From the NCBI GenBank assembly GCA_963662665.2, contig CAXXJS010000020.1:32001-96000 (forward strand): 64,000 bases of DNA, read 5' to 3'. This stretch comes from Candidatus Latescibacterota bacterium (GTDB lineage Bacteria > Latescibacterota > UBA2968 > GCA-2709665). The translations under genes and the position numbers were made by a program. The notes beneath the pieces are model-generated. The model saw nothing but the letters and a program-made list of their open reading frames with translations. It was not told the origin of the DNA and searched no databases. Below are positions 47,910-56,887 of this stretch, one piece after another; the stretch's first letter is position 1, and the number at the start of each line of letters is the position of its first letter.

Positions 47910-47938
47910 AATATACTATACAAATGTTCAGATATCAA
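47910..47938 (-). promoter_or_regulatory. Putative uvrA promoter with a LexA-box-like sequence in the spacer
   Basis: TTGATA-17 bp-TATATT; spacer contains GAAC-ATTT-GTAT. Confidence 0.55.
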
Positions 47939-48108
47939 TAAAAAAGCGGCAATGGAATCCCGCGTAAAGCCGGGGACCGGGAATGGCCGCCGCAGGCAGA
48001 CCCAGAGAGAATTCCAGTGGCCCGCTCATGGGCGCTAAACGACCGAAAGCGCCTTTATCCCCAATGGACAAAGACGCTTTCATACGTTCTTTCAGATGGT
48101 GTCATCTT

Positions 48109-48462
48109 CTATTCGGGCGGTTGTGTCTTGAAACTGGCCACCACCCGGTCTACGGTGTCGAGGGTACGGAAGATGCCGGCCAACTGCGTAACCATCAGTA
48201 TGCTCTCGATTTTCCTGGTGATGCCCGTCAGCCGCATATCTCCGCCCGCATGCCGAACGGTGGTCAGGCTGGCGGTCATTACGCCGAGCATCGAACTGCC
48301 AAACCATTTGACTTTCGAAAAATCAACAACCATCCTGCATATGCCGTCTTTGACCAGTCGTTTGACGTGGTCGTGAAACTCGGCCACTTCAGGACCGGAC
48401 ATCAGGGCGCCGGTTACCGTCAGCACGGCAACGTCCTCCCGGATTTCCTCACTGATTTTCAT
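48109..48462 (-). CDS. STAS-domain anti-sigma factor antagonist
   Basis: VAVLTVTGAL, MVVDFSKVKWFGSSMLG, GGDMRL, ILMVTQL. Confidence 0.85.
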   Translation of the reverse strand: MKISEEIREDVAVLTVTGALMSGPEVAEFHDHVKRLVKDGICRMVVDFSKVKWFGSSMLGVMTASLTTVRHAGGDMRLTGITRKIESILMVTQLAGIFRTLDTVDRVVASFKTQPPE

Positions 48463-48563
48463 GTTTCTTCCCCCCTCGGAGGTTTCGGGTTGCAACAAAC
48501 CGCTGTATCGTCCGCTATAATACGTTTCAAACCTCGTGAACTATGAAGTGTTGCCACCATCCC

Positions 48564-48592
48564 AATATAATCGCAATTGTGCTCAGGATCAA
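48564..48592 (-). promoter_or_regulatory. Putative sigma70 promoter for the STAS gene
   Basis: TTGATC-17 bp-TATATT. Confidence 0.45.
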
Positions 48593-48666
48593 GTCAGGAA
48601 TTCAGCCGCGGGCGAGTGTCAGGCCGGTTTTCGGCTTGACAAAGCCCTGTCCGACCGCTTACTTAA

Positions 48667-48811
48667 CAGCCCGTTGAAAAAGTCCAACCGGGCTGCGTCC
48701 GGCCCATGTGGCCGAATTACCGGCTTGCGCTCCCTCCCCGAATCCCCGATTCGACGCGGTCACGCGCCTTGTCTTCGGCCTCGACTGCAGGGCGACTTTA
48801 TCAACGTACTG
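48667..48811. mobile_element. 145-bp MITE-like element (family A, copy 2)
   Basis: TIRs CAGCCCGTTGAAAAAGTC / GACTTTATCAACGTACTG; perfect TTAA direct repeat (48663-48666, 48812-48815); homologous to 21723-21881 with a 14-bp internal deletion. Confidence 0.82.
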
Positions 48812-48868
48812 TTAACGGCCGCCGATACCGCGACACGACCCATCCCTGTGAAAAAGAAGAGGATACTT

Positions 48869-49663
48869 ATGGATCTCGGATGCAGTACGATCCTGTATGG
48901 CGGGTACGACCTGGAAGTCGCCATGGAACGGATCCGGGCTGCCGGCTACCTGGCGATCGAACTCTGCTGTATTCCCGGGATGGCGCCCCACCTGGCCATT
49001 GGCGCAGGCGACGCCTATTACGGGAATATCAGAAACCTTGCTGAGCATCACCAGTTGGAAATCGAATCGCTGGGTGCGAGCGGCAATCTGGACGACGAGA
49101 CACGGTTCCTTCAAATCCTGGACGCCGCCGCGGCCGTCGGCGCACCTGTCGTTACGACGGGCCCAGGGGGTAGGCCGGACGACGAATCGGCGTTCAACGC
49201 TACAGTCGAAAAAATCAACGTTCTGGCAGACCAGGCCGCCCGCCGTGGCGTCAGGCTCAGTATCAAACCTCACGTTGGCAACGCCGTCTACAACACAGAC
49301 ACGGCGTATCGATTCATGCAGCAGGTCGATCGCCGCCGGGTGGGAATCAATTACGACGCTACCCATATCTGGCGCAGCCCGCAGCAGGAGGTGCCCGAAG
49401 AAACCATTGGCAGGATCAGCGAGTTTCTCTTTTCGCTCAGAGTCCGCGACGTAAAGGGCCGGCAGACCGCGATCGGGCCGGTCGAACACCAGGTGGCAGG
49501 CAACGGAGATATGGATCTCCACGCGCAGGCAAGCGCATTCAAGACGATTCCGGGTCTCGAATACGCCGTACTGGAGATCGTGGGAACAAGAGACTTGGCA
49601 TTGCCGGAAATCGACAGCGTTCTCCGGCGGTCGTACGATTACTTCCGTCCACTTTTCAAATGA
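48869..49663 (+). CDS. Sugar phosphate isomerase/epimerase (xylose isomerase-like TIM barrel)
   Basis: AGYLAIEL, LSIKPHVG, GINYDATH, VRD, GNGDMD, VLEI; start at ATG 48869 with GAGG RBS. Confidence 0.8.
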   Translation: MDLGCSTILYGGYDLEVAMERIRAAGYLAIELCCIPGMAPHLAIGAGDAYYGNIRNLAEHHQLEIESLGASGNLDDETRFLQILDAAAAVGAPVVTTGPGGRPDDESAFNATVEKINVLADQAARRGVRLSIKPHVGNAVYNTDTAYRFMQQVDRRRVGINYDATHIWRSPQQEVPEETIGRISEFLFSLRVRDVKGRQTAIGPVEHQVAGNGDMDLHAQASAFKTIPGLEYAVLEIVGTRDLALPEIDSVLRRSYDYFRPLFK

Positions 49664-49733
49664 ATTTAAGTGGAACGCGGCAACCCGCCCAGCGGCATCG
49701 ATCCCCCCTCGGTCTTGTGCAAGGAGTGTTGTT

Positions 49734-50756
49734 ATGATCCGTGTCGGCGTCATCGGCATGCGCGGAATTGGCTGCCAGCATGCCGAAGTTTACGTGAACA
49801 ACGCAAGATCGGACCTTCTGGCGGTCTGTGACCTGGTCAGGGAACGCGCGGACAGCGCGGCCGAGCGTTTTGGCGCCAAGCCCTACTACAACATCCGGGA
49901 CATGCTGAATTGCGAAGAACTGGACGCCGTGAGCGTGGCGACCGGGGGCATTGAGAACGGCAGCGACCATTACGAACCCACGATACAATGCATGGAAGCC
50001 GGCGTAAACGTCCTGTGCGAAAAACCCATTAGCAACAATATCAATCACGCCCGTCAGATGGTAAGAAAAGCGCAGGTGTGCGACATCCGGTTCGGCATCA
50101 ACCTGAATCACCGGTTTGTTAAGCCCGCCGAGAAAGCCAGGGGCTGGATTGAGGAAGGCCGACTCGGCCACCTGCTGCTTATCAACATGACCATGTGGAT
50201 CGGCAATCCCAACGAAACGTCCCCATGGTTCCACCTGAGGGCCCTGCACCCCCATTCAATCGACATCATGCGATACTTCTGCGGCAACGTGGCGCGAGTA
50301 CAGGCATTCCTGAACAAGGCGCCTGGACGCAGCGGAGAGAGCGCCACGGTCTGCTGGTCCAATGCCCAGATCAACATGCACTTTGAGAACGACGTTGTGG
50401 GTCATCTTACCGGCAGCTACGACACCAACCCGGCTCATAACCTGGAGCGTTGCGAGGTGCTGGGGACCGAAGGCCGCTTTGTCCTCGACAACTGCTTCGA
50501 GGATCTGACCCTTTACCCCAGACGTTCCGAGGAACTCACCGTCGTACGCAACTCCATTATGGGCGGCCTGGTCTTCGAAGACACGTTCGCCGGACGCATC
50601 AACCGATGGATCGAGCAACTCGACGACGGCGCGCCCCAGTCTGAAATCGAAGGGTCCGGTGAAGAAGGGCTCGCCGTGCAGGAAGTCATCGAAGCGGCCA
50701 TCCGCTCATGGGAGGATCGGACCATCGCAGACGTGCCGGCCATACCTGGCACGTAG
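49734..50756 (+). CDS. Gfo/Idh/MocA oxidoreductase
   Basis: VGVIGMRGIG, VLCEKP, NHRF, HSIDIMRY. Confidence 0.9.
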   Translation: MIRVGVIGMRGIGCQHAEVYVNNARSDLLAVCDLVRERADSAAERFGAKPYYNIRDMLNCEELDAVSVATGGIENGSDHYEPTIQCMEAGVNVLCEKPISNNINHARQMVRKAQVCDIRFGINLNHRFVKPAEKARGWIEEGRLGHLLLINMTMWIGNPNETSPWFHLRALHPHSIDIMRYFCGNVARVQAFLNKAPGRSGESATVCWSNAQINMHFENDVVGHLTGSYDTNPAHNLERCEVLGTEGRFVLDNCFEDLTLYPRRSEELTVVRNSIMGGLVFEDTFAGRINRWIEQLDDGAPQSEIEGSGEEGLAVQEVIEAAIRSWEDRTIADVPAIPGT

Positions 50757-50995
50757 CGTGCTGCCCCGACGATACCCCACCATTCGGCCGCCGATTCATC
50801 CTGTCTCGCCGGCCGATTCTTCTTGCAGGGTACGCAAATGGCGACAAATCTCCTCCAGATAAAATCGGACCGGCAACGCCGGGACCGTCTCCCCTGTTAC
50901 GGCCTGGCTTTTATGCGGACGCCCGCGCTGGACGGATCTGCAGCCGAGGGGCTCGTCTTCGACCGCTGTATTGTCCCGTCGCCGGTGCGGGAATT

Positions 50996-52243
50996 ATGAG
51001 AATTGAACTCAACGGCGTGAATTATCGCATTCCGCAAGCCTCCGTCTCGGTCATCTGCGTCGACGGCGGGGACCCGGAGTACTTAAAGGCCGCGCGGAAA
51101 TCCGGAGCGATTCCTGCCATTTCCCGATTCATGGAATCCGGGTTCACCGGTACCGCCCACTGCGTCATTCCGAGTTTTACCAATCCCAACAACCTCTCCA
51201 TCGCCACTGGCGCCCCACCCGCTGTGCACGGTGTATCCGGCAATTTCTGCCTGGACCGGCATACCGGCGAGGCGATCGCCATGACGGACCCCGCGATGGT
51301 GCGCTCGCGTACAATTTTCGACGTCGTTTCCAAGGCCGGCGTCGAAACGGCCGTCATCACCGCGAAGGACAAACTCCGTCGGCAACTCGGCAAGGGAATG
51401 GACGTCGGCAACGGCAACATCTGCTTCTCCTCCCAATGCGCAGACCGATGCACCCCCCGCGAGAACGGAATTCACGACGCGCTCGGCTGGGCCGGCCGAC
51501 CGTTGCCCGACATGTATTCAGACGCGCTGTCGCTGTTCGTACTCGACGCGGGCATCCGTTTTTTCGAACAAGATAACCGGCCGCGGCTGGCGTACCTCTC
51601 GCTAACCGACTACGTCCAGCATAAGTACGCGCCGGACCATCCTGCGGCACTCCGTTTTTATGCATCGCTGGACCGGCGATGCGCAAAGCTCGATCGCCTC
51701 GGCGCGATCGTCGCTCTGGTCGCCGACCACGGTATGAAGGACAAGTGCGCAACCGATGGTGCGTACAATATCATCTATCTTCAGGACCTGCTGAACAGGC
51801 GCTTCAGCCCGGAAAAAACGCGCGTTATCTGTCCCATCACCGACGATTTCGTGGGACATCATGGCTCGTTGGGGGGATTTGTCCGGGTTTACTGCTTCGA
51901 AGACCTGAAGGTCAGCGACGTGATTCGATATATGGAATCAATCGATGGGATCGAGACTGTCATAGAGCGAGGCGACGCGGCGACGCGTTTCAAGCTCCCG
52001 TTCGACGTCGAGGGCGACGCCGTGGCGATCGCAGCCGACGGGTTCTGTATTGGCATGACCCCGGCCGATCACGATCTCGAAGGGCTTCATGGGGAGCGCC
52101 TCCGCTCCCACGGCGGCCTTTCCGAGCAGGAGGTCCCGTTCATACTGAACCGTCCGCTCAACGGGAAATACAGGGCGCGCGCAGCGTCGGAACAACTGAT
52201 GAACTACCACATTTTCGAATATGCATTGAACGGGGTAACGTGA
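50996..52243 (+). CDS. phnA: Phosphonoacetate hydrolase
   Basis: VICVDGGDPEY, IPSFTNPNNLSIATG, TAKDKLR, LTDYVQHK, ADHGM, RVICPITD, RSHGGLSEQ; start at ATG 50996. Confidence 0.92.
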   Translation: MRIELNGVNYRIPQASVSVICVDGGDPEYLKAARKSGAIPAISRFMESGFTGTAHCVIPSFTNPNNLSIATGAPPAVHGVSGNFCLDRHTGEAIAMTDPAMVRSRTIFDVVSKAGVETAVITAKDKLRRQLGKGMDVGNGNICFSSQCADRCTPRENGIHDALGWAGRPLPDMYSDALSLFVLDAGIRFFEQDNRPRLAYLSLTDYVQHKYAPDHPAALRFYASLDRRCAKLDRLGAIVALVADHGMKDKCATDGAYNIIYLQDLLNRRFSPEKTRVICPITDDFVGHHGSLGGFVRVYCFEDLKVSDVIRYMESIDGIETVIERGDAATRFKLPFDVEGDAVAIAADGFCIGMTPADHDLEGLHGERLRSHGGLSEQEVPFILNRPLNGKYRARAASEQLMNYHIFEYALNGVT

Positions 52244-52302
52244 GGCGACCTCGAGGTCGCCGATATATCGAAACTTCCAGCCCAAGAGGGAGAAAGGAAG
52301 AT

Positions 52303-52710
52303 ATGGAGATGGATTCGACGAAGCTGTACGAAGCCGCTTTTCCCTATGCCGACGACGTCCTTGCGCTGCCGGTAGAAGATATCGACACAGCTTCAACCTG
52401 GTACTGTAACGCTTTTGGACTCAATGAGGTAGCGCGTCATTGCATTCCTGTTCCCACGGTCGTTCTCGAGCGGGACGGCGTTAAGATCGGATTCGCCGTC
52501 AACGGCGGCGACCCTGGACAGGAAGGGGCGGCTATACTTGTGTCCGACATCCACAGAGCGAGGCGGGAGTTGGAGGCGAACGGAATCCAGATTGGCAACT
52601 GGCGCGTTGACGAGAACAACGGCCAAAAATTCCAGGTCTTTTTCGTCGTCGCCCCGGACGAACTCTGTTATTATTTCCACCAGCCGATCAAAGACGAATC
52701 GACCGAATAA
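52303..52710 (+). CDS. VOC (glyoxalase/bleomycin resistance) family protein
   Basis: LPVEDIDTASTWY...FG, VSDI, FFVVAPD; AAGGAAG RBS. Confidence 0.8.
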   Translation: MEMDSTKLYEAAFPYADDVLALPVEDIDTASTWYCNAFGLNEVARHCIPVPTVVLERDGVKIGFAVNGGDPGQEGAAILVSDIHRARRELEANGIQIGNWRVDENNGQKFQVFFVVAPDELCYYFHQPIKDESTE

Positions 52711-52736
52711 AAGGCCGGACTCGGCGCCCGGCCTTT
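52709..52736. terminator. Bidirectional intrinsic terminator
   Basis: AAAAGGCCGG-actcggcgc-CCGGCCTTT between convergent genes. Confidence 0.65.
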
Positions 52737-52780
52737 CTGAATGTACACCTTGGTTGAATACAAGGAGCGGGGAGGAGCGG

Positions 52781-53467
52781 CTATCGTCCCTTCTTTTTCT
52801 CCTTCCTGGCAAACGATTTTGATATGTACGAGGCCGCGTCCGGTGTCTTGCAGTTCGTTTCGCCGTGGTCCACCTCGACGGGGCCGATCCGTTTCGCCGC
52901 CCTGATCGCGAGATCGCGATAGGTCGCATTAAACGTCCCTATAGCGATCAACGCGTTGTTCATCGCATAGCGGACCCGGTTCGGCCGGCTGTGGATCTGC
53001 ATCTCGATTCGATCGAGGCAGGCGTCCAGAAGCGCCTCGTCGACATCCCCGTGATCGTTCAGAACCATCTCCGTGAACGTATTCCATCCTGCCGTGGCGA
53101 CCCACTCGCCCCGCCTCGACGTCCATTTTCTGAAGCGTGCCAAACCCGTCATCGAGACGCTTGCCAGGGCACCGAGTTCCCCGGCAAGAATCGAATTGTC
53201 GATTTCACGCGACCAGACGTCCAGCTGAGCCGCGTTCATCCCCAACGGATCGGCCACTCGCGTTGCCAGTACCCGTGCGTCGTGGTTGCCCGTGGCCCAC
53301 AACGCATCGGCCAGTTGCTGGTCCCGCCTGATCTTCCGAACCATCCTGTTCAGGTTGGCAAAGCTGACGCCGTACATCGGCGGGTTGACGCCATGGCGCG
53401 CATAGACCTTGCGGTTCTGCGCTGTACCCAGTTCTTCAAGCGTTGATAGTGTCTCGTTCAGCGTCAC
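52781..53467 (-). CDS. DNA alkylation repair protein (AlkD-like HEAT repeat family)
   Basis: YGVSFANL, LADALWATGNHDARVLA, NRVRYAMNNALIAIG, VDHGETNCKTPDA. Confidence 0.85.
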   Translation of the reverse strand: MTLNETLSTLEELGTAQNRKVYARHGVNPPMYGVSFANLNRMVRKIRRDQQLADALWATGNHDARVLATRVADPLGMNAAQLDVWSREIDNSILAGELGALASVSMTGLARFRKWTSRRGEWVATAGWNTFTEMVLNDHGDVDEALLDACLDRIEMQIHSRPNRVRYAMNNALIAIGTFNATYRDLAIRAAKRIGPVEVDHGETNCKTPDAASYISKSFARKEKKKGR

Positions 53468-53540
53468 CTTTCCCCACCTGACGGAGACTTCGCGCCATTT
53501 CCGCGGCGTTCGCCCCCGCAACTTCGGAACGGACCGGGAC

Positions 53541-53963
53541 TCAGTCCCCGGGAAACTCGAAATTGATCTGCCATTTGATACCGAACCTGTCGACGCACAT
53601 TCCGAAATAGGCCCCCCAAAACATATCCTGCATCGGCATCACCGTATTGCCGCCCTCCGACAGCCCGGCAAGCAGACGGTCGGCGTCCGCCTTGTTGTCA
53701 GGGCTGACCGTTATGGAAAAATTGCTGCCCACCTGAGGAGCGGGTCCGAATGTCGAGGCATGATCGCTTCCCATGAGCACACTGTCGCCGATCGGCAATG
53801 AAACGTGCATGACCAGATCGCGTTCTTCTTCGGGCACCTGCAGATCGGGAGGTCCGTCTCCGAACGTCTGAATGAACTGGAAGTCTCCGCCGAACACGGA
53901 ACGGTAGAACTCAAAGGCCTCCCGACACTGCTTTTCGAAGGTCAAATAGGTATTCAGTTGCAA
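53541..53963 (-). CDS. VOC family protein, PhnB/YjdN-like
   Basis: LNTYLTF, AFEFYRSVFGG, VMHVSL, MGSD, MFWGAYFGMCVDRFGIKW; AAGGAGG RBS before TTG 53963. Confidence 0.88.
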   Translation of the reverse strand: MQLNTYLTFEKQCREAFEFYRSVFGGDFQFIQTFGDGPPDLQVPEEERDLVMHVSLPIGDSVLMGSDHASTFGPAPQVGSNFSITVSPDNKADADRLLAGLSEGGNTVMPMQDMFWGAYFGMCVDRFGIKWQINFEFPGD

Positions 53964-54111
53964 GGTCGCCTCCTTTGAGACATGTGGCAAGCTGCGCGCC
54001 ATAGAGTGCATTGATGGCTTCCGCGTTCAGAATTCAATTGCGGAAGCGCCGGAACTGAGGCGATTCTGCATCGCCGTACTTTATGCTCCTGATCAGAGTC
54101 CATTGACAGTG

Positions 54112-55368
54112 TTACAGATACAGGCCGATCATACAGCCGGTGAGCATGGTGGCCAGGGTTCCGCCAACCAGGGATCGAAGCCCCAGTCGCGCCAGGTCGC
54201 CGCGCCGGTCGGGCGCGATCCCCCCGATGCCGCCGATCATGATGGCCACGGATCCGAAATTGGCGAAACCGCACAATGCGTACGCCGCGATTACAAAGGA
54301 CCGTTGACTGAGCGGTTCCGGCCCGTTCATCAGCCGACTCAGGTCCAGATAGGCCACGAACTCGTTCAGGATCGTCTTCAGGCCCATCAGCTCTCCGACG
54401 ATGCGGGCATCGGCCCATGAAATCCCCATCAGCCAGACGAACGGACGAAATATCTCACCGGCGAATGCCTGCAGGCTCCAGCCGCTGGAACTCGCGTTGA
54501 CCAATACGTCAATCCTGCCGATAAGGAGGTTGGCCAGGGCGACTAGGCCGATGAAGGCGACAAGCATCGCGAGGACGTTGATGACCAGGCGCATGCCCTC
54601 CGCGGCGCCGCGGGCCGCGGCATCGAGTCCGTTCAGCGTGTCTTCCCGGGGAAGTTCCACCTGGCTGCGGGAGGTGACGGGATCGCCGGTTTCCGGAATC
54701 ATCAGTTTGGACACGGCAATCGCCGCCGGCGCGCTGATCAGCGATGCCGTGAACAGGTGGCCGGCGACGTCCGGATTGACGGCACCCAGAATCGTCGCGT
54801 AGATGACCATGACCGTTCCGGCGATCGTGGCCATTCCCACGGTCATCAGACAGAACAACTCGCTCTCGGTCATTCGGCTCACGTACGGCCTGATCAACAG
54901 CGGGGATTCCGTCATTCCAAGGATGACGTTACCGGCGGATCCGACGCTTTCCGCCGAACTCAGGCCGAGGGACTTCTGCATGGCCGCGCTCAGCCTGCCG
55001 ATCACCCAGGGCAGGATCCTGTAGTGGTAGAGCATCCGGGAAACCGAAGCCACAAAGATCAAAACCGCCGCAATTTCCAGTGCAACGACGGGACCGTATT
55101 TGCTCGTGAAATCGGGATTGGACAATCCCGAAAAGAGGAGCGATTCGTTGGCCTTCAGCGCGGCCGTACGAAGTATGTCGGTGAGGGCGCCGACCACGCC
55201 GAAGACGTAATGCCGCAACCCCGTCCTGACGAGGATGCCTGTCAACAGCAGCTGAAGGCCGCTGGCAACCGCGACGGTCTTCCAGGGGATTCTCCTTGAG
55301 CGCCGGCCCAGGCACCATGCAACGGCCAGAAGCACGACATATCCGATGGCGCTATGAAGCACCGTCAA
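54112..55368 (-). CDS. Concentrative nucleoside transporter (NupC/CNT family)
   Basis: GMTESPLLIRPY, GMATIAGTV, TASLISAP, NEFVAY, YALCGFANFGS. Confidence 0.93.
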   Translation of the reverse strand: MTVLHSAIGYVVLLAVAWCLGRRSRRIPWKTVAVASGLQLLLTGILVRTGLRHYVFGVVGALTDILRTAALKANESLLFSGLSNPDFTSKYGPVVALEIAAVLIFVASVSRMLYHYRILPWVIGRLSAAMQKSLGLSSAESVGSAGNVILGMTESPLLIRPYVSRMTESELFCLMTVGMATIAGTVMVIYATILGAVNPDVAGHLFTASLISAPAAIAVSKLMIPETGDPVTSRSQVELPREDTLNGLDAAARGAAEGMRLVINVLAMLVAFIGLVALANLLIGRIDVLVNASSSGWSLQAFAGEIFRPFVWLMGISWADARIVGELMGLKTILNEFVAYLDLSRLMNGPEPLSQRSFVIAAYALCGFANFGSVAIMIGGIGGIAPDRRGDLARLGLRSLVGGTLATMLTGCMIGLYL

Positions 55369-55457
55369 GTCCGGACTCCTCTTCGGGGAACGCGGGGGCA
55401 GAGGCGGATGATTCCAATGAGAATGCGACGCTTCCGCCACGTTTGAGACCGGCGCCA

Positions 55458-55486
55458 ATAATAGCCGATAATGCGCTAATCGTCAA
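55458..55486 (-). promoter_or_regulatory. Putative sigma70 promoter for the nucleoside transporter
   Basis: TTGACG-17 bp-TATTAT. Confidence 0.55.
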
Positions 55487-55527
55487 GCCATTTCCCTCTC
55501 GAAGGCCCAGACTCGCCCTGGTACCTC

Positions 55528-55556
55528 TTGACAAGAATGAACGAAAACCCTATTGT
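55528..55556 (+). promoter_or_regulatory. Putative sigma70 promoter for gmd
   Basis: TTGACA-17 bp-TATTGT. Confidence 0.55.
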
Positions 55557-55705
55557 TGAATCTGTCGTCGTCGTACGGCTCATTCGTTGCAACTTCGTTT
55601 GCCGAAGCCATTTGCGCCAGTCCCGGACACCCGGCATGATCGCAAAGAGTTACATGTGTCCCATGAACGAGGCACGTTTCGGAATCCGGTCGCCGCGAGG
55701 TCCGC

Positions 55706-56779
55706 ATGCGGTCTGACACCCCCGAAAAAACTGCACTGATAACGGGAATCACCGGCCAGGACGGCTCCTATCTTGCGGAGTATCTGATTGGAAAGGGCTA
55801 CGTGGTGCATGGTATCATCAGGAGGGCGTCTCTGTTCAATACCGATCGGATCGATCACCTGTTCTCCGGCCCCCAGGACCCCGACCGGCGAATGATCCTG
55901 CATTACGGCGATCTCACGGATACGGCGAATTTGATTCGAATCGTCCAGGAAGTGCGACCGGACGAGATCTACAACCTGGGTGCGCAAAGCCACGTGGCGG
56001 TGTCCTTTGAAACCCCTGAATACACGGCGAAGGTGGCCGCGTTGGGGGCGCTCCATCTGCTCGAGGCCATTCGCATCTGCGGCCTTGCAGATCGAACTCG
56101 TTTCTACCAGGCATCCAGTTCGGAAATGTACGGCAAGGCGACCGAGACACCCCAGAGGGAATCGACACGGTTCTATCCCCGATCGCCATACGCCGCAGCC
56201 AAGGTATACGCCTACTGGATCACGGTGAATTATCGCGAAGCGTATGACATTTTCGCCTGCAACGGGATACTGTTCAACCACGAGTCCCCCGTCCGTGGAG
56301 AGACGTTCGTGACCCGGAAGATCACCCGGCGGCTGGCACGCGTGACGGTAGGGTTGGACGAATGCGTGTACCTCGGCAATCTCGACGCGATGAGAGATTG
56401 GGGCCATGCACGGGACTATGTTCGCGCCCAATGGATGATGTTGCAACAGACGGAACCCGACGATTACGTCATCGCAACGGGACAACAGCATTCGGTTCGC
56501 GCATTCGTAAACCTTGCGGCCGGGTTTCTGGGGCTGGAGCTGGCGTGGCGCGGGACGGGCGCCGACGAAGTCGCAATCAACAGGGCAACGGGAAGTGCGG
56601 TCGTGCGTATTGACCCGCGGTATTTCCGGCCAACCGAAGCACATTCACTCCTGGGCGATGCATCCAAAGCGCGCAGGAAACTCGGCTGGCGGCCGCAGAT
56701 CAGTTTCGCAGACCTCGTCCGGGAGATGGTCGAGGCCGACCTTCTTCTGGCAGAGCGCGAGGCGTCCGCACAGCTTTGA
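55706..56779 (+). CDS. gmd: GDP-mannose 4,6-dehydratase
   Basis: [51 protein letters not shown]. Confidence 0.97.
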   Translation: MRSDTPEKTALITGITGQDGSYLAEYLIGKGYVVHGIIRRASLFNTDRIDHLFSGPQDPDRRMILHYGDLTDTANLIRIVQEVRPDEIYNLGAQSHVAVSFETPEYTAKVAALGALHLLEAIRICGLADRTRFYQASSSEMYGKATETPQRESTRFYPRSPYAAAKVYAYWITVNYREAYDIFACNGILFNHESPVRGETFVTRKITRRLARVTVGLDECVYLGNLDAMRDWGHARDYVRAQWMMLQQTEPDDYVIATGQQHSVRAFVNLAAGFLGLELAWRGTGADEVAINRATGSAVVRIDPRYFRPTEAHSLLGDASKARRKLGWRPQISFADLVREMVEADLLLAEREASAQL

Positions 56780-56887
56780 ATATCGATTAACACAAATCCG
56801 CAGGGTCTGCAAACCCGCGTTTCCCACACACGGGTAGCAGATCAACAGGCAGAAACGAAGGCCAATAGAGGGAGTTCGGTCAGGTCC

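Noticed and set aside
48536-48868. Long N-terminal extension of the sugar isomerase ORF (similar extensions on purN, the CcsA-like gene, phnA and the VOC gene)
   Set aside because: The extensions run through promoters, a MITE or neighbouring genes; downstream starts match the family N-termini and several have a clear RBS
53541-53963. phnA + PhnB-like gene as a phosphonate operon
   Set aside because: They are on opposite strands and separated by a terminator; PhnB/YjdN VOC proteins are not known to be needed for phosphonate use
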